From an uncultured bacterium (GTDB lineage: Bacteria; Patescibacteriota; Minisyncoccia; Phycocordibacterales; CAINVO01), in NCBI GenBank assembly GCA_903854195.1, contig CAINVO010000029.1, positions 2,557 to 66,556 on the forward strand: 64,000 bases of DNA, given 5' to 3'. Position 1 is the first letter of the stretch; every line of letters begins with the position of its first letter. Shown here piece by piece: positions 17,660 through 26,643 of the stretch. A program made the translations under genes and the position numbers. The notes beneath the pieces are model-generated. The model made no database searches, was not told the origin of the DNA, and worked only from the letters and a program-made list of their open reading frames with translations.

Positions 17660-18859
17660 ATGCAACAACACAATCACTACAAAAAAGCATCGTCTATCGC
17701 TGAACACTATGGATTTGTTCAAGCTCCCGAGATTGAAGTTGAAAAGCAAGATATTCTAAAAGCAAAAGCATTCAAAGAAGTCCTAGCAAAGGACATGCAC
17801 CCTTTCAAAGATAACGGCACAGCATTTGCTGGATATGTGGAAGAAAAAATTGCCATAATCAGAAACACTATAGAAAAAAAGTTGGCACATCTCCCTCAGC
17901 CACCAATGATTTATTATGAAGGACCTCTCAAAGGAAACACTCACCTCAAAAGAAAAGGTGACGAAAGAACATTCAACCTGGAAATTATTGGCAACGGCAA
18001 AAGCATAGCTGACGCACTACTTATTGAAACATGTTATGTAGTGGTAAAGGAATGCCGGGCTGACAAAGAAATTGTCATCGAGTTAAACAGTATTGGGGAC
18101 AAGGATTCAATTAATAAATTTGCAAAAGAACTTACAAACTATTACAAGAAAAATGGAGCGGATCTTTGTGCAGAATGCAAAGGAAGCCTTAAAAAGGAAG
18201 TTTTTGCTGTACTAAATTCTTCTTGTAAAAAGTGCTCTGGATTAAAAGATGAAGCTCCGCCATCCATTAGTTTCCTTTCAGAACCAAGTCGAAATCATTT
18301 TAAGGAAGTGCTCGAGTACCTTGAATCATTAGATGTCCCCTACACTATTAATCACAGCATGGTTGGCAGTCGCTCATATTGTATGGGTACTCTTTTTGAA
18401 ATAAAAGTGAAATCAAAGACCTCAAAAAGTGGAGACTTCGAAACTGTTGCCATTGGTGAGAGATACAACTCCCTTACAAAAAAAGTCTGGGGCAAAAAAG
18501 AAATACCTGCTATAGGCGCATCAATTTTAATTCCTCAAGACAGTAAAGGTACCGGCAAAACAACAAAGGCTTCAAAACCTAAATTTTATTTTATTCAACT
18601 TGGAATGGACGCGAAGTTAAAAAGCCTCGGGATCATTGAAATGCTACGAAAAGCAAAAATACCAGTATCTCAGTCAATTTCCCGAGACAAACTCACAAGT
18701 CAACTTGGCCTAGCTGAGAAACTTGATGTCCCTTTTGTCCTACTTGTTGGACAAAAAGAGGCCATGGAGAATAGCGTCACCGTAAGAAATATGAAGAATA
18801 GGGCCCAAGATACGGTACCTATTGGTAAATTAATAGATTATCTTAAAAAGCTATCCTAA
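17660..18859 (+). CDS. hisS: Histidyl-tRNA synthetase family protein (class II aaRS core plus anticodon-binding domain; divergent motif 2)
   Basis: Alignable to HisRS: ELNSIG, insertion with DxxCKxx as in E. coli, motif 3 GERYNSL, C-terminal anticodon-binding fold. Motif 2 arginines partly replaced. Confidence 0.6.
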   Translation: MQQHNHYKKASSIAEHYGFVQAPEIEVEKQDILKAKAFKEVLAKDMHPFKDNGTAFAGYVEEKIAIIRNTIEKKLAHLPQPPMIYYEGPLKGNTHLKRKGDERTFNLEIIGNGKSIADALLIETCYVVVKECRADKEIVIELNSIGDKDSINKFAKELTNYYKKNGADLCAECKGSLKKEVFAVLNSSCKKCSGLKDEAPPSISFLSEPSRNHFKEVLEYLESLDVPYTINHSMVGSRSYCMGTLFEIKVKSKTSKSGDFETVAIGERYNSLTKKVWGKKEIPAIGASILIPQDSKGTGKTTKASKPKFYFIQLGMDAKLKSLGIIEMLRKAKIPVSQSISRDKLTSQLGLAEKLDVPFVLLVGQKEAMENSVTVRNMKNRAQDTVPIGKLIDYLKKLS

Positions 18860-18919
18860 TATAAACAAAAGGGATCATTTGCCACATTTTTCAAGATGTG
18901 ATAATATCTTTCTACTTAT

Positions 18920-19156
18920 ATGATAAATGTCCAAATAGAGAAAAACCCAACAGAACACACAACATCGACTATTCGTCGTTTTACAAAGCGCGTTCAAGAA
19001 GCCGGCATTCTTAACCGTGTACGAGGCTTAAGATACAGTACTAGAAAAGAATCAACATACGTTAGAAAGAAAAAAACACTTAAGTCACTTAGACGCCGCG
19101 AAGAGATTCAAACTCTTCTAAAACTTGGCAAAATGCCAGTAAAAACAAGAAGATAG
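18920..19156 (+). CDS. rpsU: 30S ribosomal protein S21
   Basis: 78 aa basic protein, S21 pattern (KRV.EAGIL..VR..RY..RKES). Confidence 0.75.
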   Translation: MINVQIEKNPTEHTTSTIRRFTKRVQEAGILNRVRGLRYSTRKESTYVRKKKTLKSLRRREEIQTLLKLGKMPVKTRR

Positions 19157-19178
19157 TTTCAAAACAAAAGTTATCAAA

Positions 19179-19607
19179 ATGTCCATGGTAAATTCTTCAA
19201 ACTTTTCCATAACATCAACGTTAAAAAGCAATCCCATAAAAGGATTGCTTTTTAATAATTTCATAAAAATTAAGAATGAAGTGGTTGGAGAAAAATATGA
19301 CCTTAGTCTCGTAATAATTGGTGACAAAAAAATGCGAACCCTCAATCGCACTCACCGAGGTATCGATAAAACCACAGATATCTTAAGTTTTGGTCTTGAA
19401 GGCGGTAAGGATAAAAACACTGGAGGTGTTGGTGAAATTTTTATAAATCCCTATCGTGCACGCATAAAATCTAAGAAATTTGATCGCTCATTTGATAATT
19501 TTTTATCATTCTTATTTATCCACGGACTATTCCATTTGAAAGGATTCGATCATGGTAGTACAATGGATGCAAAGGAAGAAAAAATAAGAAAAATTTTCAG
19601 TATTTAA
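19179..19607 (+). CDS. ybeY: rRNA maturation endoribonuclease YbeY
   Basis: HGLFHLKGFDH zinc-binding H..H..H motif, TDILSF motif. Confidence 0.85.
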   Translation: MSMVNSSNFSITSTLKSNPIKGLLFNNFIKIKNEVVGEKYDLSLVIIGDKKMRTLNRTHRGIDKTTDILSFGLEGGKDKNTGGVGEIFINPYRARIKSKKFDRSFDNFLSFLFIHGLFHLKGFDHGSTMDAKEEKIRKIFSI

Positions 19608-19689
19608 TTTATTTCTTATTTAGATTTAATTAATTTCATCCTGTTTAGTTTTAGAAAAAAGTTTAGTTTAATTTTAAAAATTTATAAGT

Positions 19690-20892
19690 ATGGCTCGCAC
19701 TATTGCAGTTGGCATAGATATTGGTACTTACCAAATCAAAGTGGTAGTGGCTGAGTTAGTACAAGAAAAAGATAAGGAGGTTCCACGCATAATTTCTACT
19801 GGATACGCCGAGTCTAGAGGGCTTCGTCATGGATACATCACAAGTGTTGCTGAGACAGCAAAAAGTATTAGAGCTGCTGTTGCTCAGGCTGAAAGAAGTG
19901 CTGGCATGAAAATCAGAAAAGCATATTTGTCAGTTGGAGGAGTTGGGCTATCTGGTGTCACAACAATCGGAGGAGTTGCCCTGACAAAAAACGATGGCGA
20001 GATATCTGATTCTGATGTAAAAAAAGTACTTGAAGCTAGTGAGAATGAACTTCCACAAGCTTTTACAATGAACCGTAAGATTTTGCATACAATACCTCTT
20101 ATGTTCCGAGTAGATGGTAAGACCGTTCTTGGTCGCCCACAAGGCATGAAAGGCACTAAACTAGAGGTCCGCACGCTTTTTATCACCTGCCTGTCACATC
20201 ATCTTAATGACCTTGTAGTAGCCCTAGGTGAGGCTGATGTTGAAGTTGAGGATGTTATTGCTGCACCTATCGCAGCTAGTTTTATAACGCTCACAAAAAC
20301 ACAAAAAATTGCCGGCTGTGTCTTGGCAAATATTGGTTCTGAAACTGTCACAATAATTGTTTTCGAAAACAACATACCTATCTCTGTGGAAGTTTTTCCT
20401 ATTGGATCAAATGATATTACTAACGACATTGCACTTGGTTTGAAAATTCCAATTGAAGATGCAGAAACAATAAAACTTGGTGGACCAAAATCAGTTGAAT
20501 ATCCAAAGAAAAAATTAGACGAAATTATTCTTGCTCGTCTCTCTGATATTTTTGAACTAATTGAAGCCCATCTTAAAAAAATTGAGCGAAGCGGTTTACT
20601 TCCAGCAGGTATTATTATCACCGGTGGAGGTGCTGGAGTTGCAAGTATTGAAGAGTTTGCACGAACATCACTACGTCTACCATCCAAACGTGCATCATTC
20701 AAATTCCCTATCCCTCTGAAAGGATCATTTCGTGAGTCTGAGTGGGCTGTTGCTTATGGACTTTGCGTACTTGGACTGACTACTGAAGATAATGATATTT
20801 TGCATATAAAACCCAGTCTACACCCCGTTACACAGGTTCGAAAAAACCTTTGGACCACCATTAAAAAGGCGTTTGCCCAGTTGCTTCCATAG
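19690..20892 (+). CDS. ftsA: Cell division protein FtsA
   Basis: Actin-fold ATPase, N-terminal IAVGIDIGT, ftsA-ftsZ synteny. Confidence 0.92.
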   Translation: MARTIAVGIDIGTYQIKVVVAELVQEKDKEVPRIISTGYAESRGLRHGYITSVAETAKSIRAAVAQAERSAGMKIRKAYLSVGGVGLSGVTTIGGVALTKNDGEISDSDVKKVLEASENELPQAFTMNRKILHTIPLMFRVDGKTVLGRPQGMKGTKLEVRTLFITCLSHHLNDLVVALGEADVEVEDVIAAPIAASFITLTKTQKIAGCVLANIGSETVTIIVFENNIPISVEVFPIGSNDITNDIALGLKIPIEDAETIKLGGPKSVEYPKKKLDEIILARLSDIFELIEAHLKKIERSGLLPAGIIITGGGAGVASIEEFARTSLRLPSKRASFKFPIPLKGSFRESEWAVAYGLCVLGLTTEDNDILHIKPSLHPVTQVRKNLWTTIKKAFAQLLP

Positions 20893-20965
20893 TGATATGA
20901 TTGTGACATTCTTTATTAAACGTTTAGAAAAACTTTAAAAATCCTTAATCAAACCCTTAATATCC

Positions 20966-22186
20966 ATGCCACAAGTAAAACCTGAAGTAGAAACATTTGC
21001 ACGAATAAAAGTCATTGGAGTTGGCGGTTCCGGAAAGAATGCCATCAATCATATGATCAACAGCAAGGTCCGCGGAGTTGATTTTATTGCTGTAAATACA
21101 GACGCTCAAGATTTGCATCATTCACTTGCAAAACAGAAAATTCATATTGGAAAAAATCTAACAAAAGGACTTGGAACTGGAATGAACCCAGAGCTTGGAA
21201 AACGCGCAGTGGAAGAAACAAAAGAAGAAGTTCAGGAAGCTATCAAAGGTGCTGACATGGTATTCATTGCATGTGGACTTGGAGGAGGTACTGGATCAGG
21301 CGCAAGCCCAATCGTTGCTCGCACATCAAAAGAGCTCGGTGCTCTTACTGTAGCTGTAGTTACAAAACCATTTTTCTTTGAAGGACAACAGCGTATGAAA
21401 GTTGCTGATATTGCACTTGAAGAACTTCGAAAAGAAGTAGACGCTATTATTGTTATTCCAAACGACCGTCTTCTAAACAACATCACAAAAGAAACTACTG
21501 CAAAATCAGCTTTTGCAATGTGTGATGAAATTCTAAAACAAGCCGTAGAAGGTATTTCTGACCTTATAACTACTCCTGGTATCATAAATATAGACTTTGC
21601 CGATATTCGAAGCGTTATGTCAAATGCTGGTGCCGCCCTTATGGGTATCGGTACTGCATCAGGAGAGAAACGTGCTGAAGAAGCTGCAAAAGCCGCAATC
21701 AGTTCTCCTCTACTCGAACTTTCAATGACAGGATCAAAGGGTGTTCTCTTCTCCATCGCTGGAGGTGATGACCTTACAATGTTTGAAATCCAAGACGCTG
21801 CAAAAATCATTACTGAGTCAGTGGATCCAAACGCCAAAATTATTTTTGGTACAGTAAAAGACGAAAAACTCAAGAAAAGCGAAATCAAAATTACAGTTAT
21901 TGCTTCAAGTTTTCCAGACAGTGGCCAGGGAAAGAAATCTCTTTTTGACAACACTTCATTTGGATCTGTTAGCAAATCTGATCTTGGTCTAGCAGGTGAA
22001 AAAGGTAAAATTTTTAACTCAATAGGTGGTGGTATGGCCAAAGAAACTCCAGCACCAGCCCCACAGCAATCAGAAGAAACATCTTCCTCTAGAGAAATGT
22101 CAATTGAAAAGAAATTAGATGTTATAAGTGATGAAGATGATTGGGCAGCAGTTCCCGCCTTTCTACGACGTTCAAAGCTTAAATAA
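20966..22186 (+). CDS. ftsZ: Cell division protein FtsZ
   Basis: GVGGSGKNA, tubulin signature GGGTGSG, C-terminal conserved peptide. Confidence 0.95.
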   Translation: MPQVKPEVETFARIKVIGVGGSGKNAINHMINSKVRGVDFIAVNTDAQDLHHSLAKQKIHIGKNLTKGLGTGMNPELGKRAVEETKEEVQEAIKGADMVFIACGLGGGTGSGASPIVARTSKELGALTVAVVTKPFFFEGQQRMKVADIALEELRKEVDAIIVIPNDRLLNNITKETTAKSAFAMCDEILKQAVEGISDLITTPGIINIDFADIRSVMSNAGAALMGIGTASGEKRAEEAAKAAISSPLLELSMTGSKGVLFSIAGGDDLTMFEIQDAAKIITESVDPNAKIIFGTVKDEKLKKSEIKITVIASSFPDSGQGKKSLFDNTSFGSVSKSDLGLAGEKGKIFNSIGGGMAKETPAPAPQQSEETSSSREMSIEKKLDVISDEDDWAAVPAFLRRSKLK

Positions 22187-22222
22187 TTTAAGACGAATTT
22201 AATCGAATAAAAATTTAAAGTC

Positions 22223-23149
22223 ATGACATATGATCTAGCAATCATCGGCGGTGGACCTGCTGGAGTAGCAGCTGGCGTATATGCCGCTCGCAAGCGACTT
22301 AAGTCCATACTAATTACTGACTCATTTGGTGGACAAAGCATTGTTTCTGAAGGCATTGAAAACTGGATTGGTACAATAAAAATTTCAGGATCGGATCTTG
22401 CAAAAAACCTTGAAGACCATCTCCGAGCTTATTCTTCAGATATTCTAGACATACACGACACTGAAAGAATCACCACACTATCAAAAAATTCTGATGGGGT
22501 CTTTGTAATTACAACAGGTAGCGGGTCATACCTTGCAAAAACCGTCCTCGTAACCACTGGTAGTCATCGTCGCAAACTTGATGCAATTGGTGCTGACATA
22601 TTTGAGCACAAAGGTCTTACCTACTGTGCTTCATGTGACGGACCACTTTTTGATGGTCAGGATGTTGCAGTGATTGGTGGTGGTAATGCTGGTTTTGAAA
22701 GTGCCGCACAACTTTTAGCATATTGTAAATCGGTCACAATTATTCATAAAAATCCAGAATTCAAAGCTGATCCTGTCACGGTTCAAACTGTCCTATCTGA
22801 CCCAAAAATGCGATCCATAATGAACGCTGATATCATTGAAGTAAAGGGTGAGAAATTTGTTTCAGGTCTTGTATATAAAGATAAAACTACTGGCCAAAAT
22901 TCAGAGCTTCCTGTCACAGGTATTTTTGTGGAAATTGGTGCACTACCAACAACAGATTTTCTTTCTGGTCTTGCAGATCTAACACCAACTGGATATGTAA
23001 AAGTAAATGCCCTAAACCAACAGACAACATGTCCAGGTATTTGGGCTGCAGGAGACTGTACAGACGGTCTATACCATCAAAACAATATTGCGGTTGGTGA
23101 TGCCGTTAAAGCTCTCGAAGATATATACGTACACATAAAAACTAAATAG
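22223..23149 (+). CDS. trxB: Thioredoxin-disulfide reductase
   Basis: FAD motif IIGGGPAG, redox CxxC (CASCDG), NADPH motif GGGNAG. Confidence 0.92.
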   Translation: MTYDLAIIGGGPAGVAAGVYAARKRLKSILITDSFGGQSIVSEGIENWIGTIKISGSDLAKNLEDHLRAYSSDILDIHDTERITTLSKNSDGVFVITTGSGSYLAKTVLVTTGSHRRKLDAIGADIFEHKGLTYCASCDGPLFDGQDVAVIGGGNAGFESAAQLLAYCKSVTIIHKNPEFKADPVTVQTVLSDPKMRSIMNADIIEVKGEKFVSGLVYKDKTTGQNSELPVTGIFVEIGALPTTDFLSGLADLTPTGYVKVNALNQQTTCPGIWAAGDCTDGLYHQNNIAVGDAVKALEDIYVHIKTK

Positions 23150-23189
23150 TTTGATTTAATTAGAAATAAATAAATATAAAAACAAAAGG

Positions 23190-23228
23190 AAAGGCGCAGG
23201 TCCACGGAGTGGACCTGCGCCTTTTAAA
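23190..23228. terminator. GC-rich intrinsic terminator (bidirectional) between trxB and the convergent ORF
   Basis: GGCGCAGGTCCAC-gga-GTGGACCTGCGCC followed by ttttaaatt. Confidence 0.75.
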
Positions 23229-24077
23229 TTACCCAACAAACTGAGCTGGTATCACCATGCGCGCTCCCATTGAGCTATTCTTAAAAACACATGGGCGATG
23301 CTCAACCCGAAAATCACCATCAAATTCAATACTCTGACCTTTTTCTCGTGTAGATATTTGCCAAGCTGCCTGAAGCCTGTTATTTGATTTTGAACAATCA
23401 TTCGGAAAACAAGTAGTGGACTCTCCCCAATCAAGATGTTTTCTTTCTGAGAAATAAGCTGCTCCAAAAGCCAAAACATACCCACGAAAAGTGAGCCACG
23501 ACTTACTTCTTAACAAAAGTTCATCAATGTTCCTATTTTTGGTATTCGAATCAGAAAAAATCTCATTTTTAATGATGCTCAGCGACGGAAGACCTTGAGC
23601 CTCAAACCCATAAAATTGAGTTAGGTCGCATTTTAAAGCAGGGTTGAGATTTTGGCTTCGGAGTACTTTGTTTATTACATCAAAGTTATCCGTCATGGTA
23701 CCAGGATCGAAAACAACAAACACATTCTCCCAAGGTAATTCCTCAGGGAGAGTGAACATTTTATTTAAATCGACCTTAATACCAAGGATGCTCTCTGTGA
23801 AACGCTCAGCATCTGAAACTGCATTGATGAGATTAGTTTCTGACACTTTAAAACGGTTTAGTGAAAGTGCCACCGATAACTGATCAACTCCGAAATTCCC
23901 TTCAATCAGATCTTGTAGACAGAGTGAGAGCTTTTCCAAATCGAATGGATAGCCATTTATTTGACGAAGTTGCCGTTTTATCTCAAACAGCTTTCCATCA
24001 AGGTTACGATACGTTTCGCCTTCGACATTAGTTGCCATGACGTTATTTTCCTTTATTGTTTGTGTTTTTTCCGACAA
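23229..24077 (-). CDS. Hypothetical cytoplasmic protein, no recognisable family
   Basis: 282 aa, non-repetitive, no TM helix; likely start at the second Met (MATNVEG). Confidence 0.4.
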   Translation of the reverse strand: MSEKTQTIKENNVMATNVEGETYRNLDGKLFEIKRQLRQINGYPFDLEKLSLCLQDLIEGNFGVDQLSVALSLNRFKVSETNLINAVSDAERFTESILGIKVDLNKMFTLPEELPWENVFVVFDPGTMTDNFDVINKVLRSQNLNPALKCDLTQFYGFEAQGLPSLSIIKNEIFSDSNTKNRNIDELLLRSKSWLTFRGYVLAFGAAYFSERKHLDWGESTTCFPNDCSKSNNRLQAAWQISTREKGQSIEFDGDFRVEHRPCVFKNSSMGARMVIPAQFVG

Positions 24078-24156
24078 TTATTAATCGCCAGAACATGTTG
24101 ACAAGGGCTTTGTGTTTTTATAAAAAACACTCTGCTGACTTATTTATTTAACAGCT

Positions 24157-25509
24157 TTATATCACAAAAATAGTATAAAACAAACCAACAGCAGAAAGGC
24201 CCATCACAAAAAATGTAGTCCACACGAGCAGTCTAGAAAAAGTGCCACCTTTGTGATCACCTAATATCTCGGTATTACCATTTATTCTTGCAATCAAAAA
24301 AAGCAATGGTACTGCCGCAACACCGTTGAACACTGCAGTAAATATAAGAGCTTTAATTGGATCAATGCCAATAAAATTAATTAAAAGACCAATTAAAGTA
24401 GAGACGATAATAACACCATAAAAACCTTTAGCTTTACTGAATTTTCTGTAAAGTCCTTCTTTCCATCCAAAGGCTTCGGAAAGTGCATAAGCTGCAGAAC
24501 CCGCAAGCACTGGTATTCCTAGAAGTCCTAGCCCTATAACTCCCACTGCAAATAAATCCTTTGCAAGTTGACCGGCATTTGGAAAAGAACTTACCAGAGG
24601 TTCAAGAGCCTTAGCTGCATCAGCCGCGGTATTAATATTCACAACACCATTACTAAAAAGAACTGTTGCTGTAGTAATAATAATAAACCATTGCACCAAC
24701 TCAGAAACAATCATTCCAATAGAATTATCAATTTTTAAATTTCTTAAAAACTTTTTTGTCACATGTGGCTTTCCACCATTTTGACTCAAAAGATGACTTT
24801 TGATTTCTTCTTCAACTTCCTCTGAAGTCTCCCAGAAAAACATATACGGTGAAATTGTTGTACCGAAAACTCCAGTTACGATAAAAAGGAAAGCGAAAGT
24901 AAATTCTACATGTGGCACAAGTGTCGCGTGTAAAATCTGTCCCCAAGGTTCCTTAATAATAAGAGCTGTGACTGGATATGCGAGCATCGACAAAACTAAC
25001 CATTTTAATATTTTTACGTATTGTCTATAACTTACAAAAATTTCGAGAAAAATAATTGCCAGAGCAGTTAAAACTGCAAGAAGAGCAAATGGAACATCAA
25101 CTACAAGTTTTGTTGCACTCGCTACAGCACCAATATCTGCTCCTATATTTATAGTGTTTGCAATAACAACTAGAAGCACAACAACTGTCAAAATTTTCTT
25201 CGAATAATGTTCTTTAACAACTCCAGCCAAACCCTTACCAGTAACAGCACCAATACGCGCGCAGGCCTCCTGTACTGCTATTAGAAGGGGTAACTGATAC
25301 AAAGCAGTCCAAAGCATCCCAAACCCAAATTGAGCGCCTGTTTGAGAATATGTGGCAATTCCCGACGGGTCGTCATCTGCTGCACCGGTAATCACCCCAG
25401 GACCAAGTAATCGTAAAAAACGATAAAGTCTCGACTGCTTTTTTTTCGAATGATTTATATTAAAATTTTGATCGGGTATTTCCGATGTTCTTGTTGTTTC
25501 GCTACTCAT
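24157..25509 (-). CDS. mntH: Nramp-family divalent metal (Mn2+/Fe2+) transporter
   Basis: GPG..TGAADDDPSGIATYSQTGAQFG motif and 11 TM helices. ATG at 25509 preferred over the ORF-track TTG at 25557. Confidence 0.9.
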   Translation of the reverse strand: MSSETTRTSEIPDQNFNINHSKKKQSRLYRFLRLLGPGVITGAADDDPSGIATYSQTGAQFGFGMLWTALYQLPLLIAVQEACARIGAVTGKGLAGVVKEHYSKKILTVVVLLVVIANTINIGADIGAVASATKLVVDVPFALLAVLTALAIIFLEIFVSYRQYVKILKWLVLSMLAYPVTALIIKEPWGQILHATLVPHVEFTFAFLFIVTGVFGTTISPYMFFWETSEEVEEEIKSHLLSQNGGKPHVTKKFLRNLKIDNSIGMIVSELVQWFIIITTATVLFSNGVVNINTAADAAKALEPLVSSFPNAGQLAKDLFAVGVIGLGLLGIPVLAGSAAYALSEAFGWKEGLYRKFSKAKGFYGVIIVSTLIGLLINFIGIDPIKALIFTAVFNGVAAVPLLFLIARINGNTEILGDHKGGTFSRLLVWTTFFVMGLSAVGLFYTIFVI

Positions 25510-25557
25510 ACACAGTATTGTATCAAATTTTTTTATAAAATATCCAAAAATTTCCAA

Positions 25558-25660
25558 TAAAAAAAACCGGATCGAAGTGATCCGGCCACAGGTCTCATTG
25601 AGACCTATATAGTGGGGATGTCATTTTCCGTTCAAAAATGACATCCCCGTTTTCCTTTCT
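25558..25660 (-). promoter_or_regulatory. Structured leader upstream of mntH: three perfect hairpins, the last followed by a T7 run
   Basis: Minus-strand read: GGGGATGTCATTTT-tgaacg-AAAATGACATCCCC; GGTCTCAATGAGACC; CCGGATCacttcGATCCGG-TTTTTTT; about 50 nt before the ATG. Confidence 0.5.
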
Positions 25661-25900
25661 ATAATCTTTCGCAAGATGTTGTAGATTGAGCCTGAACGGT
25701 GCCCAACCCACAATATCTCACTATCCCTGTCGTCATTTATGTAAATTCCGAGAAACGAATTTTCATAGTTGCTGTATCTTTTGCTTATTAGGTTCCCGCA
25801 ACGTCGAAACCCAGCTCAACTCCGTTCATAGTTCTACGGAATAGTTGTATATTAGCACAAATGATTTTTATTGTCAATAGGTGCCAATAAATGGGACTTT

Positions 25901-26512
25901 CTACATTTTCTTAACATGAACAGCAAGGAATAGACAAGACGGTTTCCAGCCATCCTCGCCAGTTGAGATTTTGAGACGGTTTTTAAGACCGTCTACCTTC
26001 TCGAAGCATGGGTACCCTGGCAAAACATTATTCATCTTACTCAAGAGAGTATCCCAAAGCCATCTGCAAATAGCCTTAGATTCGTGTTGGAAGTGAATAA
26101 AGCCTTCATTCGAAGACCCGAGGGCAATCAGCGGATCATCCCTAATTATGTTTCCGAATTTCCCCGCAAACACCATTAGTTCCTTTATAAAGGCAGGCCG
26201 AAGACCAGCTTGAGCAAATTCCTTTATAATCTCATCCCTTTTCCACCCAAAGAACTGGGGTCCGAGAGCATCGAATTTTACAACTTCAAAATTGACCGTG
26301 TAAACACCCGTAAGGTAATTTTCAAAAGTCATTGAAGTTATTTCGCTTTCATTTTCGACTGAGCAGTTTGCCTCATCGAGCAAGATACCGAGAGTCTTTC
26401 TCGCGTCAATCTGAATATCCCTGAAATCATTTGTTCCGGGCCAAAACCAGTCTCGACGATTAATCCCCTCCTCGTTATCGCAAAATACAATTCTTGGATC
26501 TATTACTTTCAT
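25901..26512 (-). CDS. Hypothetical protein in a GC-elevated islet
   Basis: 203 aa, no TM helix, no recognisable motifs; local GC about 44% versus about 36% in the flanks. Confidence 0.4.
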   Translation of the reverse strand: MKVIDPRIVFCDNEEGINRRDWFWPGTNDFRDIQIDARKTLGILLDEANCSVENESEITSMTFENYLTGVYTVNFEVVKFDALGPQFFGWKRDEIIKEFAQAGLRPAFIKELMVFAGKFGNIIRDDPLIALGSSNEGFIHFQHESKAICRWLWDTLLSKMNNVLPGYPCFEKVDGLKNRLKISTGEDGWKPSCLFLAVHVKKM

Positions 26513-26643
26513 TTTTCTCCTTTCTATTTTTATTTATATTTTTTCAAATATTCATAAAATATTTATGTAGCCAAAATCTAGGCCAAGATTACATAAATGA
26601 CTTAATAAAGTCAAACAAATTTTAACTATCCTACTAGATAAAT

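Noticed and set aside
21232-22356. 374-aa minus-strand ORF, and 20199..20702 minus-strand ORF
   Set aside because: They are antisense to ftsZ and ftsA respectively, with Ser/Pro/Ala-rich low-complexity translations; these are shadow ORFs.
25690-25860. Possible tmRNA (ssrA) on the minus strand: ...GGAGUUGAGCUGGGUUUCGACGUUGCGGG resembles the tmRNA 5' motif GGGGCUGAUUCUGGAUUCGACGGG
   Set aside because: There is no matching 3' acceptor strand, T-arm or CCA about 350 nt downstream. The putative tag reading frame (AKDTATMKIRFSEFT*) does not end in the typical ..(L/A)AA. The downstream hairpins are perfect stems followed by a T-run, not a tRNA-like domain.
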